DNA of 64,000 bases from the human T2T-CHM13v2.0 reference genome, Homo sapiens: assembly GCF_009914755.1 (NCBI RefSeq), contig NC_060936.1; one strand, 5' to 3'. Positions 27,418 through 41,324 of this stretch are shown here, one piece after another. The position numbers were made by a program, and so were the translations under genes. Positions within the stretch are counted from its first letter, which is position 1, and every line of letters begins with the position of its first letter. A model generated the notes under the pieces. The model was not told the origin of the DNA. It was given only the letters and a program-made list of their open reading frames with translations, and ran no database searches.

Positions 27418-29880
27418 AAGAGACTAAGGATTTCTAGTCCCAAGAAGACAAAAATGTAGTTCCCTCAGCATCCTCAGGTGATGGAGTTTAGGCTTCCTGA
27501 GGTTTCAACACAAAATACAAATTTAAACTGAATTAAAAACCTATTTACAGCCGCACCAAAGGGAGAGAGAACAATGCTACTCAGGATTGCTTTCATTCTT
27601 GAGGGTCTTCAGATCATTTGCTTTCCTCTCAATCTACAGTCCTCATAACTTCAGCTGGGAGAAGGCCATTCAAGAAACAAACAAAAAAACAACAAATAAA
27701 AACCTTATAATCAATGAAACTATCAAATCATATGAGACAAAATAATTCCATTCACACCACTGATCTGACACAGAAAAACAGAACAGTTGAAGGGGCTTTT
27801 GTAACACTGAAAATTTCACATTTCAATGGCATTATTATTCAAAGGAAAAATAACACTCCTGTGGGATTTCAAGAGTAATTTCCATAGCCATTGATGCCTC
27901 TGATGTCAAATTTTCAATGCATTGGAGCTCGATAGCAAGATGCATATAGAGCTTATATTCCTTCAGGCTAGAAATTCTGAACTCAGCAGGAGAGTGACGT
28001 AAGACTAATCACCGTGTTCTAATTACCATTGAAAAATACATTTCTTGGTGAAGCTATTTGAACGTACCCAAGATCTCACTGCCAGCAAATGACAGGGCCA
28101 AGATTTACTCCCTAATATTCTAACACACAATCCTTACTTATAACCAATGCACAAAACAATAATATACTAACATTCTTAACACATTAATAGAATAAGACAA
28201 TAATAATATCATACAGTATAATAATACACTACAATAAAGCAGGCATCATACCTTATTTTACACCCATGCTTTCTTTACCTGCTCCTTGTTAAGCAAATAT
28301 TTTTTTCTAAGCCAAACAGGTCTCATACATTGGAGAAGCCACACCCTTTCCAGAGTCATATTCCAGTTCTCTTTACCTCTTTAACCCTGCAACACTCCCC
28401 CCAAAACTCACACCGACTCACACATAACCGCACATACACACTCACACATACTTACTCATTTCTGTTCTCATCAATTTTAATTTTCTTCCCAACACTTAGA
28501 GTGAATGGCAAGTGGAGCTTTTACTTGGAAACTAGTAGAAAAAAAAAGCATGAGAGTTAACAGGCCTGTGATAGTATCGTTGTTGGTTATTAGAATTAGT
28601 GCTGGAGGAAAGAGAGGCTTAAAGAAGTTCCATTTGCAGTAAGCGGCGTGGCACGAGGAGCCATGGAGTAGCTGTGTGAGGACGCTGGTGCAAGTCAACC
28701 TGCTAACGTCACTAGAGTTAGTGCCAAAATTCATCTTCCAAGACTATTCCAGAGAACAGACCCAGGCCATTAACTGACCCAGGCTTATTGTCTGGTTGAC
28801 AAAACTATATGGTAACTTCACAGGACTCTAAAATGGGGCCTTAGGGTACATTTTCGGTAAATTGAAATAACATCATTTAATTTGACAGATTTATTAATTT
28901 ATGCCACGTGCCAGTGCTGGGCTTGGTGTGATAGAGATGAAGATCACTTAGACTTGGTTGCAACCCTCAGGAAGCTCATACATAATTGAGGTAACCAATA
29001 TGTCCCAACTAAATGTGATAGATGCCAATGTTTCCAGTAGATGGAGGAATAACAGAGAGATGTTCTGCTTGGCCAAGACCCGGAAGTGAATGCAGCATAG
29101 AGGCCGGAATGATTGAGCCCCTGGGGCACTATGATGTTCTCCATCCTTGCTGCAAGCAGGGGACGTCAACACAGTTGCTGGGGCACAGCCACGTGGGCAC
29201 TGGCCAGGTCCTGGCTGTCCCAGGTGCGCAAGGAAAGCTGTCAAGGTGCAACCTCTGGCTTAACCAGGGCTGGCCAGGTCGAGGGGAGGCTCCTGTGTAA
29301 TTTAGGTGCAGCCAGCCAGGGGGGTCTTCCTCCCCTGAGCCTGATCTCTGTGAGGATGAGCGCTTGTGGAAGTGCAGGGGAGACAGGATTACTGAAGCAG
29401 GGAACAGTGACTCCCAGAGAAGAATGTACACTTCAGAAGTGTCAAGGGAGCCAAACCATGTGCTTATTCTAACCCATGAACACATCAGTGAGCCCACGAG
29501 TGAGGCACTGACCCTTGGTGTCTGGGTTTGCATCCAGCCTCATTTTCAAAATGACACTAACTTGGGACTTTTCTTTACAACTTTCTTTTCTATTTCTTTT
29601 TGTCCTATCTTGAATACTGGCTAGAGATGCCACTGAGATACGGCTCATAATGAAACTGGGTTTGGTGCCTCTAGTGTGGAAAGCCTGAGTGACACAAAGA
29701 CTGGACTTTGGACCATGCATTATGTAGATGCTCTGTGAGGCAGACAAGGGGCAGATGCACCTGGCTGTGAGCCGCACCTGTGTCCCAGGGAGGGAGAAAG
29801 GCTGGAAGCAGAGAGAAGCCTGGAGGATGATCTTTGGCCAGAGTGATTCCTATGAACCAGCAGGGAGTCAGCATTGGCAG

Positions 29881-29944
29881 TCAAGGTTAGCAGTAGTCAA
29901 GGTTAGCAGTAGTCAAGGTTAGCAGTAGTCAAGGTTAGCAGTAG
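29881..29944. repeat. Perfect 16-bp minisatellite x4
   Basis: tcaaggttagcagtag x4. Confidence 0.98.
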
Positions 29945-30905
29945 AGTGAATGGGATGGGGGAGGGTGAGAATGAAAAGGAGGGAAAGTGGGAGTCAAGAT
30001 TCTAAATATTCAGAGACTTACGTACATTAAAAAAGTAATCAAATCAGACACTTCTGAAACAAAAAAGGTAATTCTGAATTTTAATTACTTTGAAGGATAA
30101 GGCTCTTTTAACTTATTTATTCCATAATACTGGAGGGAAAAAAAAGGAGAAAAAATGTTAATAGTCTTCTAACTATATTTTTCCTGGCAACAACTCTGGT
30201 TTATATGCATTGGTCTGCTGTTAGTTGTCTAATGCTCTTAATTTCCATAACAGAAACAGATAAGTGTAAGTGTATGAGACCGGATTCTCTTCATTTGCCA
30301 CCTAGAAACGTACTCCTTCTTTTAAGTCAAAGTAATTAAATTCATCTATTACTATGGAAGTTTTAATGAGCCTGCTTTTCAGAAATTTGACTTTATTAAG
30401 CTTAAGCAGACAGTACATTTCATGAAACAAATTAAATAAGATTGTTCTATGCACATCTCACCTCCCCACACTAGACATTGCTCCATCACTAAAGAATGAA
30501 GTGGGAAAAAAATTAGGAAAATAAAATGTGAGGTGACAGACTGTTTCATCCCTCACCCTGGTGGCTGATTCCACTGACCTCTGCTTCCCTGAGAACCTTC
30601 AGAAAGGAGGTTCCCACAGGAGATGTTCTCTGGGATTCTCAGCTGGGAACTCCCTCTCATCCTCCCTCTAAACCTCATTTTACCCATGAGCTCAGCTTGC
30701 AAACAGGACACACAGCCAGGAACAGGGAAGACCCAGGCTCTGGGGGTTAAAGCACTTCCCCAGTTGGTAAGAGCTCTTTTAAAAAGCAAAACAATGCAAA
30801 AATGCTAACACACCCATAGGCCCAAAACTGTTATTTACAATTGAAAAAGAAGTCACAACAGTTTACAAGTTTTAGAAAACTAACAGTGCAGTATTTTCAG
30901 TGAAC

Positions 30906-31439
30906 TTTCAGACGCGTTCGAACCAGGGCAACTCTATCTTGAGTGAGGGCTGGAAAATGAGGCTGGGGCTTGCTGAGCTGGATTTGCAGGAAGTGAGGTG
31001 TTCCCAGCCTCTAGATGTTTACGGTTAAGGAAACAGATTGATAAAGTTATTAAACAGACCCAGACTTAGGAGTGTCCTGATATCCCAATATCTTGAGAAC
31101 AGATGCATTCCTAATTTTTCTTTAAAGATAATAATATTGATTCTTGCAAAATATAGTAATTAAGAAGATCAATCCTTTACCACAAATCCTTGTAGCAGAG
31201 CACTCTCCCCACAATCTTTTTTATCCTATGTAAATGGGTATTGTACCCAGGGTGAATGCATTCCTCCCCTTACTTTCAGGAATGCCCCACTCTGGCTACG
31301 GAGCAGCTGTTCTTTCACCACTATACTTTCTTAATGAATGTGCTTTCACCTTACTCTCTGGATTCATCCTGAATTCTTTCTTGCGTGAGATCCAAGAACC
31401 TTCTCTTGGGGTCTGGATCGAGATCCCTTTCCTGTAACA
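30906..31439 (+). mobile_element. MER41-family (MER41C-like) ERV1 solo LTR
   Basis: 'cgttcgaaccagggcaactctatcttgagtgagggct...gtgagatccaagaacc..tctcttggggtctggatcg...cctgtaaca'; 4-bp TSD GAAC. Confidence 0.9.
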
Positions 31440-32744
31440 GAACTACCTGATGCGCGTTTATAATACTGTTCTTTCATTGTTTTGCTGCAATCTATTATCA
31501 TATTTTCACATGACAACTTTTAAAAATATATATTTTCTACAAATAACAGAAAGACAATTCACTTTTGCCTCCACTATCGCTGATGGAAATTTGTTTTCTT
31601 TCACCTTGGAAACTCATCCTTGGTAATATTTTGCAAATGTCTTGTCCTTTTTGGAAAAACTTTATTACATTTACTTTATACATGAGATGCAAGGTTTGAA
31701 AGAATTTTCCATGGAATAGCTGAGGTTCTGCACACTTCATATCTCACTCTTACCCCAAAATGCATTCATGATCGCAGGTGCACACATGCACACACACATA
31801 ATCCTATACTTTCTTCCTATGATAGGCACCACAGGGTGTACTCGTGTGAGTATACACCAGCCCTGCAGCTACACAGCCCATCACCACATGAGTCAGCATG
31901 GTGACTCAGAATAACCTGGACGCCTCCCTACATCAGAGCAGCTCACAATAACCTAACTACACACTAACTACATGCCACCTTATATAGCTGATATAGATTC
32001 ATGTATATAGGTATGGATATGGATATATCCTATCATATCTCTAACCCAATTTTCCCTTATCCAGATACCAAAAATTATGCCCAGCCATTCCCATGCTGCT
32101 CACCATGAGACAAAGCACAACGGTAGGGTGGAGAGAGACTGGAGTGGAAAAAACAATGATCATGATCAATTGCAGTTATAGGACCATGTGTGCTCATCAT
32201 TATAGGGCCTTGAGTCCTTGGAGGAAACCTGGATAAATGGAGGCAGGAGAGGTGGCTGAAGCTGAAGCCTTATCTTCAGAGTTTCTTACCTCTGACTTCC
32301 AAGGGTCTGGAGTCCAGCCTCACCTCCCACAAAAGGCTGCGAGAGCAATGGAAGTGGAGGCTCTCAGTTCATAAAATATTCTAACTGCCATCATTACACT
32401 TGATTTTATATTTTTACCCTTTGCTCATATTCTACCTTTAATTTACCCATATGTCCTCTTGGACACACCTCCAAACTTGAGTTGAAATCTTCTTCCCCTA
32501 GACCCACCCTGGCCTAAGCTCCTCTCATCTCTACAGGGATGACAACAGAACCTTCCTGACTTTCCTTCTGCTTCTGTCCCCACACCCCCACTATTCACTC
32601 TCCTAACAACGTTTAACTCTCCGGTTTAAAATGGCACCCCAAAATCCCATTGCATTTTAGAATAAACACCTGTATGCCCTGCAAGGTATTCTCCAAGAAT
32701 GCACACAATCTGGCCTCTTCCTGCCTATTTGGTGTTGTAACTAT

Positions 32745-33637
32745 TGACAGCAACAGGAGGCAGAGAAACTCTAGGCAGCCAGGGATTGGTCCCCAGTGAA
32801 AACCCCAACTTCAGACTAAAAGTTGCCTGAAACCTGTGGCTTAAAGTGAGAACTCCTATTCCTGTTTGCCCACTCTTTCCTGATTAGTTCTTTCTGAATA
32901 ATGTCTTTTTACCAATGGAATGTTGCCTTTTCCAAAACTACCCATGGCCCACCCCACCCCTAATCCTGTGCCTATAAAGACCCAAGACTCAGTCAGTAGA
33001 GAGGGAGGTGACTTGACTTCAGAGAGAGGTAACTTGATTTCAGAGGGATGGCTGGACTTTGGAGGAGAGACAGCTTGATGACTTGACTTCTGAGAAGAAC
33101 CAGCCAGAGATGGCCAGGCTTTGGGGGAAGATTACATGCCCATCCCAACCCCTTTCCAGCTCTCCTCTCCACTGAGAGTCACTTGTATCACTCAAGAAAA
33201 TTCTCCATATTCACCATCTTTCGATTCATCTGCATGACCTCATTCTTCTTGGGCACTGGACAAGTATTTGGGTCCCCAAAAAGGGCTGTCACACTGGTTG
33301 TTTGTCCTTGCTGATGGAGGGCAGCTGCCCCACGTGATGAGGCAAAGGGCCCACAGAGATTATAACACATTGCTGCCTATGGACAGTGGAGCTCAGAGAA
33401 CATTGTAACACACCCTCTGGGGCTTCAGGGATCACAGGCATGCCCACCTGGGTGCTGCCCCAGGGCCTGCATGGAGTTTACACCTGCTGGTGTTTAAAGC
33501 TGCCAGCCAGCCAGCTGGATCCCACACTCGCTCACTCACATGCTCCCTCCCTCAAGGGGCTGAGCACAATTGGCTGAGTAAATGGGGCACCCCTGTCGCA
33601 AGTCTGATTAAGGGGTCAAGATAAATATCCTGCATCA
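32745..33637 (+). mobile_element. ERV1 solo LTR (LTR1/LTR27/LTR28 group) inserted in an L2
   Basis: TG...CA ends, 4-bp TSD CTAT, 'caggaggcagagaaactctaggcag', TATA-like 'cctataaagacc'; L2 remnants on both sides. Confidence 0.85.
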
Positions 33638-34109
33638 CTATTACCCTCCTAGCCACATTGACCTTCCTGTTCTGAGAACACACGAGCTGACCTGTCTTGG
33701 AGCTCCTGCTCTACCTGTCATCTCTGGCTTCTCCCTGTCCAGCTCCTCCTTATCCTTGCCCCCAGTGCAGAAGAGGCCTCCTGTCACTACTGCATCTGTA
33801 GCAGCCCCGGGCCTGTAACCCTGCTTACTTCTGATTGCATTATTTGTTGTATTCCTAGGAAGCATCACTATTTGAGATCATCTTATTTAGGTTTTTATTT
33901 TCTTTCTTGCCCCCATCTTCAGAAGGTGAGCTCCTGGTGAACAGAGACCCTTCCTTCCTGATCACTGCTGTACCACAGACATAGGTGGGTGGGTGCTATC
34001 CCGTGAGGGACTGGAGTGTTGCTCAGCCAATACTTACCACCCTTCCCCTTGGAGCAGAATTAATCTCTTCCCATTTTGAGCATGTGTGTGTGTTTTTAGC
34101 CAATGTTAT

Positions 34110-34680
34110 ATTAGCAAATGTCAACACAAAAACTGTTCTCAAGTTATACCAACAGAGATGACTTTATTCGTAGAGGGAAGAGGTCCAAACTCAGTCTGAA
34201 TTCCACTATCCTGCAACAGAGAACGGGAGAGTAGTTTAAAAGCTGTGGTCTTTGCATTCTAGGCCATCTGTGTTTGCTAATTGGCTTTACCCAAAAGGCA
34301 AAGTAGAATTTCCCAGGATCTGCAGGCAGGAGGTTGGTAGTTTTATAACTTGAAGCTAGGGGCCTGGGGCACCTGGGCTTCTACCATCATGCAAGGCAGG
34401 GAGCTGGGGGCATGATTTTCCTTGATCTTTACATTTCCAAAGGGATGGCTATCAGGTCCTCAATAAAGACATCCAAGGTTTGTAAACCTGGCAACAGGCT
34501 GTTGAAAAAATGTACATCTGAAAGGGGCAAAGAAGCAATTTTCAGTGACAAGTTTTCTAAAGTAAATGCTCCAAGAAAAGGGAGGCCAGGGTTCTGGAGG
34601 CAAGAAGAAGTTTTCTAAAAGTTTGGTCAATCCACGAGATACGTGAGTATGATGAGAACCAGGTGTGGACTAGTCTTACA
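34110..34680 (-). mobile_element. Old ERV1 LTR (MER31/MER67/MER90-like)
   Basis: 'ggccatctgtgtttgctaattggc', 'catttccaaagggatggct', 'aagttttctaaagtaaatgct'. Confidence 0.55.
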
Positions 34681-35057
34681 TAGCTGGGCTTGGCCTCTTA
34701 TGCTTCTGCCATTTCCATGTGGAGAACACAGCATAGCCAGCCTGACTGTCCAAGGAGGATGGAGAGATTAAGAACAGACTTAAACCACACCCATACAAGC
34801 CAGAAGCCAAGCTGGCCAGTGCGCAGCCCCAAGTGGAGACACACAGCCTAGATCAACCAAGCCCACTCTACTGCACACCTGAGAGCTTGAGAATACACAT
34901 TTGCTATTCTCATCCACTGAGGTCTGGAATGGAGGGCATCTTCTTTGTAGTAACACATGCCTGAAACAGTGCTCAACGAGTATTTGTAGACTATCAAATG
35001 AAAATGTAGTTGCTTCTCTTACAAGTCTTCCTTGATCCGGTAGAAAAAGTAGGCCAA

Positions 35058-35376
<319 letters not shown>

Positions 35377-36106
35377 TTATTTTAGCCCACCATGCTATCT
35401 TTGTTTTAGCATTTATATTTCATTTATTTGTTTACATGTGTGTCCAACACCACAGGGACAGTTTTAGACATGTTGTCAGGGAAGGTCTCTCTTTGAAGGT
35501 GACCTTGATCATGTGCTCAAGGGCTAAAAGGTGGTAAGCTAGGGTGGGAGGGGGTAGCTTTGAATCAAGTCTAGCCACAGGTTTTTATAGCTGGTCTCTG
35601 AGCTACTCTGTAAAATCAGGTAAGCACTGGCCTGGATGACCTGGTAACTTCACATTCACTCCCGTCCCACCAGGACCAGGAATGATGGGGACCAGACTGT
35701 GACACTCTTCTTCATTCATTCCTCAGCAATGGTTAAGTTGGGTAGGAAATTAGCACTGAGTAGTTTATTTCTAGATATCAGGAAGACACATAAAGGCGTA
35801 ATATATTCCATAAGAGAGTTAGTGCCTTGCGTTTACCAGGCATAGATTATGTAATAGCTGCTTTTTCTCCTAATCATCGTTATCCATTTCAATTACAACT
35901 ACACTGTTAGAAATGCCAAAACATTTTATCATCAGACCTCACAGAAAATAATAGGTGAATTACAACCTTAACTTGCATATATTTCTCAGGCAGTTTCTGA
36001 CCATTAGGAGGGGAGTAAGAAATGGAAATCTACTAGATGATAGTACAGGGATTTTCCTGTTTCTCAGCTACATGGATTTTTACATCACTTTTAAAAAATT
36101 TACTGA

Positions 36107-36236
36107 CTTTTTTTGTTATAGAGACAGGGTCTCGCTTTCTTGGCCAGGCTGGTCTCAAACTCCTGTCTTCAAGTGATCCTCCTACCTTGGTCTCCCAAAG
36201 CACTAGGATTACAGGTGTGAGCCACCGTGCCTACCC
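36107..36236 (-). mobile_element. FLAM_C / Alu left monomer
   Basis: Single arm. Confidence 0.88.
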
Positions 36237-37305
36237 CTACTGCCTGTGTCTTAACTGGTCAAGAACAGCAGGTAACTGCAGGGGCTGGACAGGGCCACCC
36301 CAGGTTGAAATTTACTTGGTGGAAACACAATGCCTGAAGCAAAGAGGGGTTGAGGGGTGATATTTAATCAATAGTAAGGCACTTGGGATAGAAACTAAAC
36401 CTCTGGAAGGACACCAGAATCAGACCCAGGACAACTGAAGATCTGAGATGACATCCACCACGCAGAACAACCACAGAATATGGTTTGTAATGCCTGGTAC
36501 GCAAATCTCTGATTTTAGAACATTCAGGGACCTCCGAGCTCCTGCCTCTATAGCCGTGTATCTGCTCTTCCTGCTGCCTGCCAAGCACTCCACCAAAGCT
36601 TGTAGATCTTGCTCTTTCTCTTCATTTAGTTTCCACCCAAATGCACCGTCCTCAGAGAGACATTCCCTGATGCCTCTCCCTCAGGCAGAGGCACCATGCA
36701 CACACCACACCAGCTGTCTCAATTGCATTCTTATTTGCATCCTAACAGTTCACTCAATTACATTCTCTTATTTCATTCACGTATGTGCCTACTGTCTGCC
36801 TTCTCCACTAGAATAGGAACTCCTGTTGATTAGGAATCGTGTCCAATTCTATTTCTTACTGTATTCCTATTACCTTCAACAGTCCCTAGCAAACAGGAGG
36901 CACTCAAGTAATATTTGAATAAAAAAAGGAACCCACTTCTTTTACAGATTATTACAACGAGGTCTGGAAATGTTAAATAATTTGCCCAAGGCCACTTGGC
37001 TACCTAGAGTCAGAGCTGGGACTCAAGCATTGACGGTGGGTTTAGCCTCTGAGCTAAACTCTGAGTTTAGTCTCTCCCGTGGGAGAGACTCCTGACACTG
37101 GGGGTTCTTGATGCTGGGTTTAACCCAACTGTGGATGATTTGGAGAAACACAAGTTTGTCAAAGATAATATGTTTCTTACAGCCAAGTTTTGAAACCCAT
37201 TCACATTTTGGCATATGTACGTATGTGTGTGTGTGTATATATATACGTATATATAGCACAAATGTGTGATGTCCAGAAGAGTGTTTGTTTGAAAATGTTC
37301 TTTTT

Positions 37306-37516
<211 letters not shown>

Positions 37517-39330
37517 GAAGAATTGTTTTGTTTTGTTTTGTTTTTTGTTTTTTTTTTTGCCAATGATGTTAGTAAATTAGAAAATAATTTCACACCAAAG
37601 GGCACTACCTAGGCCTGTCAGTAAACATTATCAAATTTCCATAAATGAGGTGCTGTGATACAGAAATATCACCACTCTTTTCCATAACAAAATCACTATA
37701 ATTAAGCTAGAGCTTCTCTGTGCTATTTAGCAAAATAAACAATTACCCCATACCCTTAAGGCTGATTATTAATTTGGGTATTGGGTTAATATTCTTACAG
37801 TCTGGTCTGGAAATCAATTCCAAATCTCATGCTCAGGGCAACTGAGTAACTGAAAGCAATTCCAGTGCAACGCCTGTACAAAGTGCAAACCTGCAAAGCT
37901 GCTGGGTACACCCCAGGCCACACAAGTGATGCCTATGCATGCTGAAGTTGGATGGAATCATGAAGACTAGAAAGTCACCACTTCAACAGTAGCACTGAGC
38001 ACCTGCTTAGGGCCAGGCCCTGCGGTAGATGCGGTGTATACCAGGGCGACGCCGCCCTGACCCTGAGAAGCCGACAAGCCCATGGAAGGACCTTTGCTAA
38101 AAAGCACAGACTTCCCTTGAGGCAGTGACAAGCCACAGTCTGTATTGGAGAGGACTTAAAGCAGTTTCAACTCATGCAACATTTAAACCACTTATGGACA
38201 CACCCAGAGAAAGCCATGGCTACTTCCTGCCCATCTCCCAAGCCAAAAGCTAAAGAGGGAGGTGGCCTGTCCCAAGCAGACATTTGACATTCTAGACTGA
38301 GTCAGAGAAAAGCCCACAGAGTCCGGTCATCTCGTCTCACAGCTGCTGAAGGCTCACTGATGTCCTGCTCCTAGCAGATGTGACCCCTGGCTGAGAAGGA
38401 TTTTAGTTGCTCTCAGGTTAATATTATTTACCATCAGCTTTGGGGCAACCTTTTAAATGGATGGATATTAACAGAGCCCTTCCTAGAACAAGGATAAAAA
38501 GAATAAACTGCCTTTCACTCACCATCTGTGTAATTCTATTTCTTCCAGCAATGAGAAACTTGACGTAGGTCATGACTCCAGAGCTTCCTGTCAAACCAGG
38601 GATTGCTGAGATCCCAAGGACTCTGTGACAAGTGGCTGCATATTCCTTCTGTTAATCTCTCTCCAAATGTGCAGTCATGGGTTCCCAAAGACAGTCAGTC
38701 CAGGCAATCACAATTCTAAACAGAAAAAGTACAACAGAAAATTGATTTCATAAATGAAAAATGTAAAAAGTTATCAGCACAAAGAGGGGGAAATCTATAA
38801 ATAACTAATGGCGTGCTTAGGGGGAAGAAAAGCACATCACACTGTGAGCACACCCTTATTGCCATCCATTTCGATTGTGGCAATAAAAGGATGTAGCAAT
38901 TCAGACCACGATGTGAATTCCTACCCAGTCTCGAGGGATGGTCGGCTAATGGAGGACTACAAATATGGCACTTTTAAAATATCCTGCCACTAATGAAAAC
39001 CCATTTGCTTCACAAGTAGGATTTCAGTAAAGTAGTCGGGGTCAGGAGAGGATTAGAAGTATCAAGTAGAAGCTTCATTTAGCTAAGAAGTAGTTCAATT
39101 GCTTTTAGTGTACTTAATATTTGGAAGATAAATTCTTACCCTGCAACCTTTAAGGCAGTTGGAAGCTTCAATGAGCCTGGGGACCAGCGAGCTTTCTAGG
39201 TTTTTGGGTCTCAACCTCCATCTCTAAGCTTAGCTCTTCAAGTCATTAGCATGGACCCTTAGGTCTTTGGCATGAGGTTTTGTGTATGGCTTAACTGGGG
39301 AAAAAAAAAACCTACATGCTTGTATAGCAC

Positions 39331-39732
39331 TGCTATGAACTGTATATTTCTGTCCCCCCTCCCTCAACTTATACGTTGAAGCCCTCAACCCCAATGTGAC
39401 TGTATTTGGAGATAGGGCCTGTGAGGAGGTTATAAAGATGAAATGAGCTGATAAGGTTGGGGCCCTAATCCAAAGAGACTGATGCTCTTTTAAGAAGAGA
39501 AAGAGACATCAGAGTCCTCTCTCTCTGAACCTGTGTCAAGGAAAGGCCAAGTGAGGACACAGCAAGATGGCGGCCACCTAAAAGCCAAGAGAAGAGGCTT
39601 TAGGGTAAAACCATCTTGACAGCATCTTGATCTTGGACTTACCAGTCTCTAGAGCTGTGAAAAAGAAATTTCTGTTACTTAGGCCACCCAGTCTGTGGTA
39701 TTTTGTTATGACAATCTGACCACACTAATGTA
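39331..39732 (+). mobile_element. MLT1A MaLR LTR
   Basis: 'tgctatgaactg...ccccaatgtgactgtatttggagatagggcc...gccacccagtctgtggtattttgttatg'. Confidence 0.88.
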
Positions 39733-40399
39733 AGTAAATACACAGAATTGTATGAGCAGTGGATCAATCAAGTTTTCTTCCAAGGAAAAGACACCAAATT
39801 GCATTGGTGGTTACCATCCTTAGGCATTTCTATGGAAACGTGTTGATAAGTCTCTGTCACACTGGTAGACATGCCAACATCCACTCAGAGTTTAGCGGTC
39901 ACATGTAGAGAATGTTCAGCTACCCACCTCACCCTTTCTTCTCAGGTGATGGCTACTTGTTATTCAGATATCCTCAGATAACCTCTTCAAAAAAAAAGTC
40001 ATTTTTAGCCTCTTATTCACCATCCTATCTCCCTGTTTAGTGCTCTTAAAATTTCCTGTATTTTCCTTCAAAATACCTCTGAAAGGCTAATTAATTATTT
40101 GGGCAATCCTTTCTCTATAGTTCCATCACCAAATGTGTCCATGAGGATGAGAATTGCACCTGTCTTTTTCAGCACACTGCCTCACAGTCCAGCACAGGGC
40201 CTTGTAAACAATAGCTACTTAAGAAAATGTAGATATACACACAGAACACATACATGTAGATATACACACAAACACACACACAAACACAAATAATAGTCTA
40301 AATGAAACCTAAGAGATTAGAAAAATCTAAAGGGTGGAATTTTTAAATTTAGGTTAATTTTAGCCAATTTGGCATCATTTTTTCCTTTCTTCTTATAGC

Positions 40400-40890
40400 A
40401 GCATGGCAGTTTTTGCATTGGGAATTTATTCATTCCACACTTTGGTCCATGTGGTTCAGATGGAGCTGACACCATCTGCAATTACAGGGACTGTCATGTG
40501 AGCCAGCCAGGCCAATCAACATATTCCATTCTGTTGGTCCCAGTGATTGGTTCAGGGATGGGCACATGACTGAGCCTGGGCCAATGAGATTTAAGCTGAG
40601 GTCTTCCTGAAATCACTGGGAAAGAGAAGTTTTCCTTTCTCCAAAGATTGCAGAACCGATAGCACAAAAGCCTACAGGCGCTGACAGTCATCTCGCTACT
40701 CCCATGGAAACTAATGAAGCCAACACAAAACTGAAAGAGAAGCAGATTCCTGATGAGATTATTGTAGCACCTAGATCCAGCTATGCCCAAGGTTAGATGT
40801 ACCCTTGAATTTTTTTTGTGAGTTAATTTGTTTCCTTTATGGATTAAGCCATTTGAGTTGGGTTTCTGTTTCTTAAAGAGAGTACGCAGT
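40400..40890 (+). mobile_element. MLT1K/L-like MaLR LTR
   Basis: 'cagtgattggttcagggatgggcacatgac', 'ggatccagc'-like motif, 'ttaagccatttgagttgggtttctgt'. Confidence 0.75.
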
Positions 40891-41324
40891 AAAACACCAG
40901 TGAAGGGAACTTGAGACCAGTGTATTTTCAATCAAGCCACACTGCGTACATAATAAGGACAAAATGAATTTAGAATTCAATGGAAGAGGACTTTTCAGAA
41001 GAGGCTGGAATTGGGCTGGGGTTGAAGGGTGGGTGGGATTTGTGTCAGCAGACAGAAGAGGAGGACATATGGGGGATAAGAGGAACAGCACAGTGAGGCC
41101 TAGGACCAACGCGGGTGGACGAGGCAGGGAGCAGCTTTCCTGACTCAAAGTGAGGAGAGCAGCGGGATGCAGAGGAAGAAGGCGAGGTGGGCTTGGCAGC
41201 GCCGGGAAGAAACACCCTGGACGTAAGGACTGGGATGAGACTTGAGGTTCATGAGAGAAGAAAACAACAGAGTCCAAAGTACTTTTGGCAGATAATGAGA
41301 GAGGGCCGCTTATAACCAGTTCTC

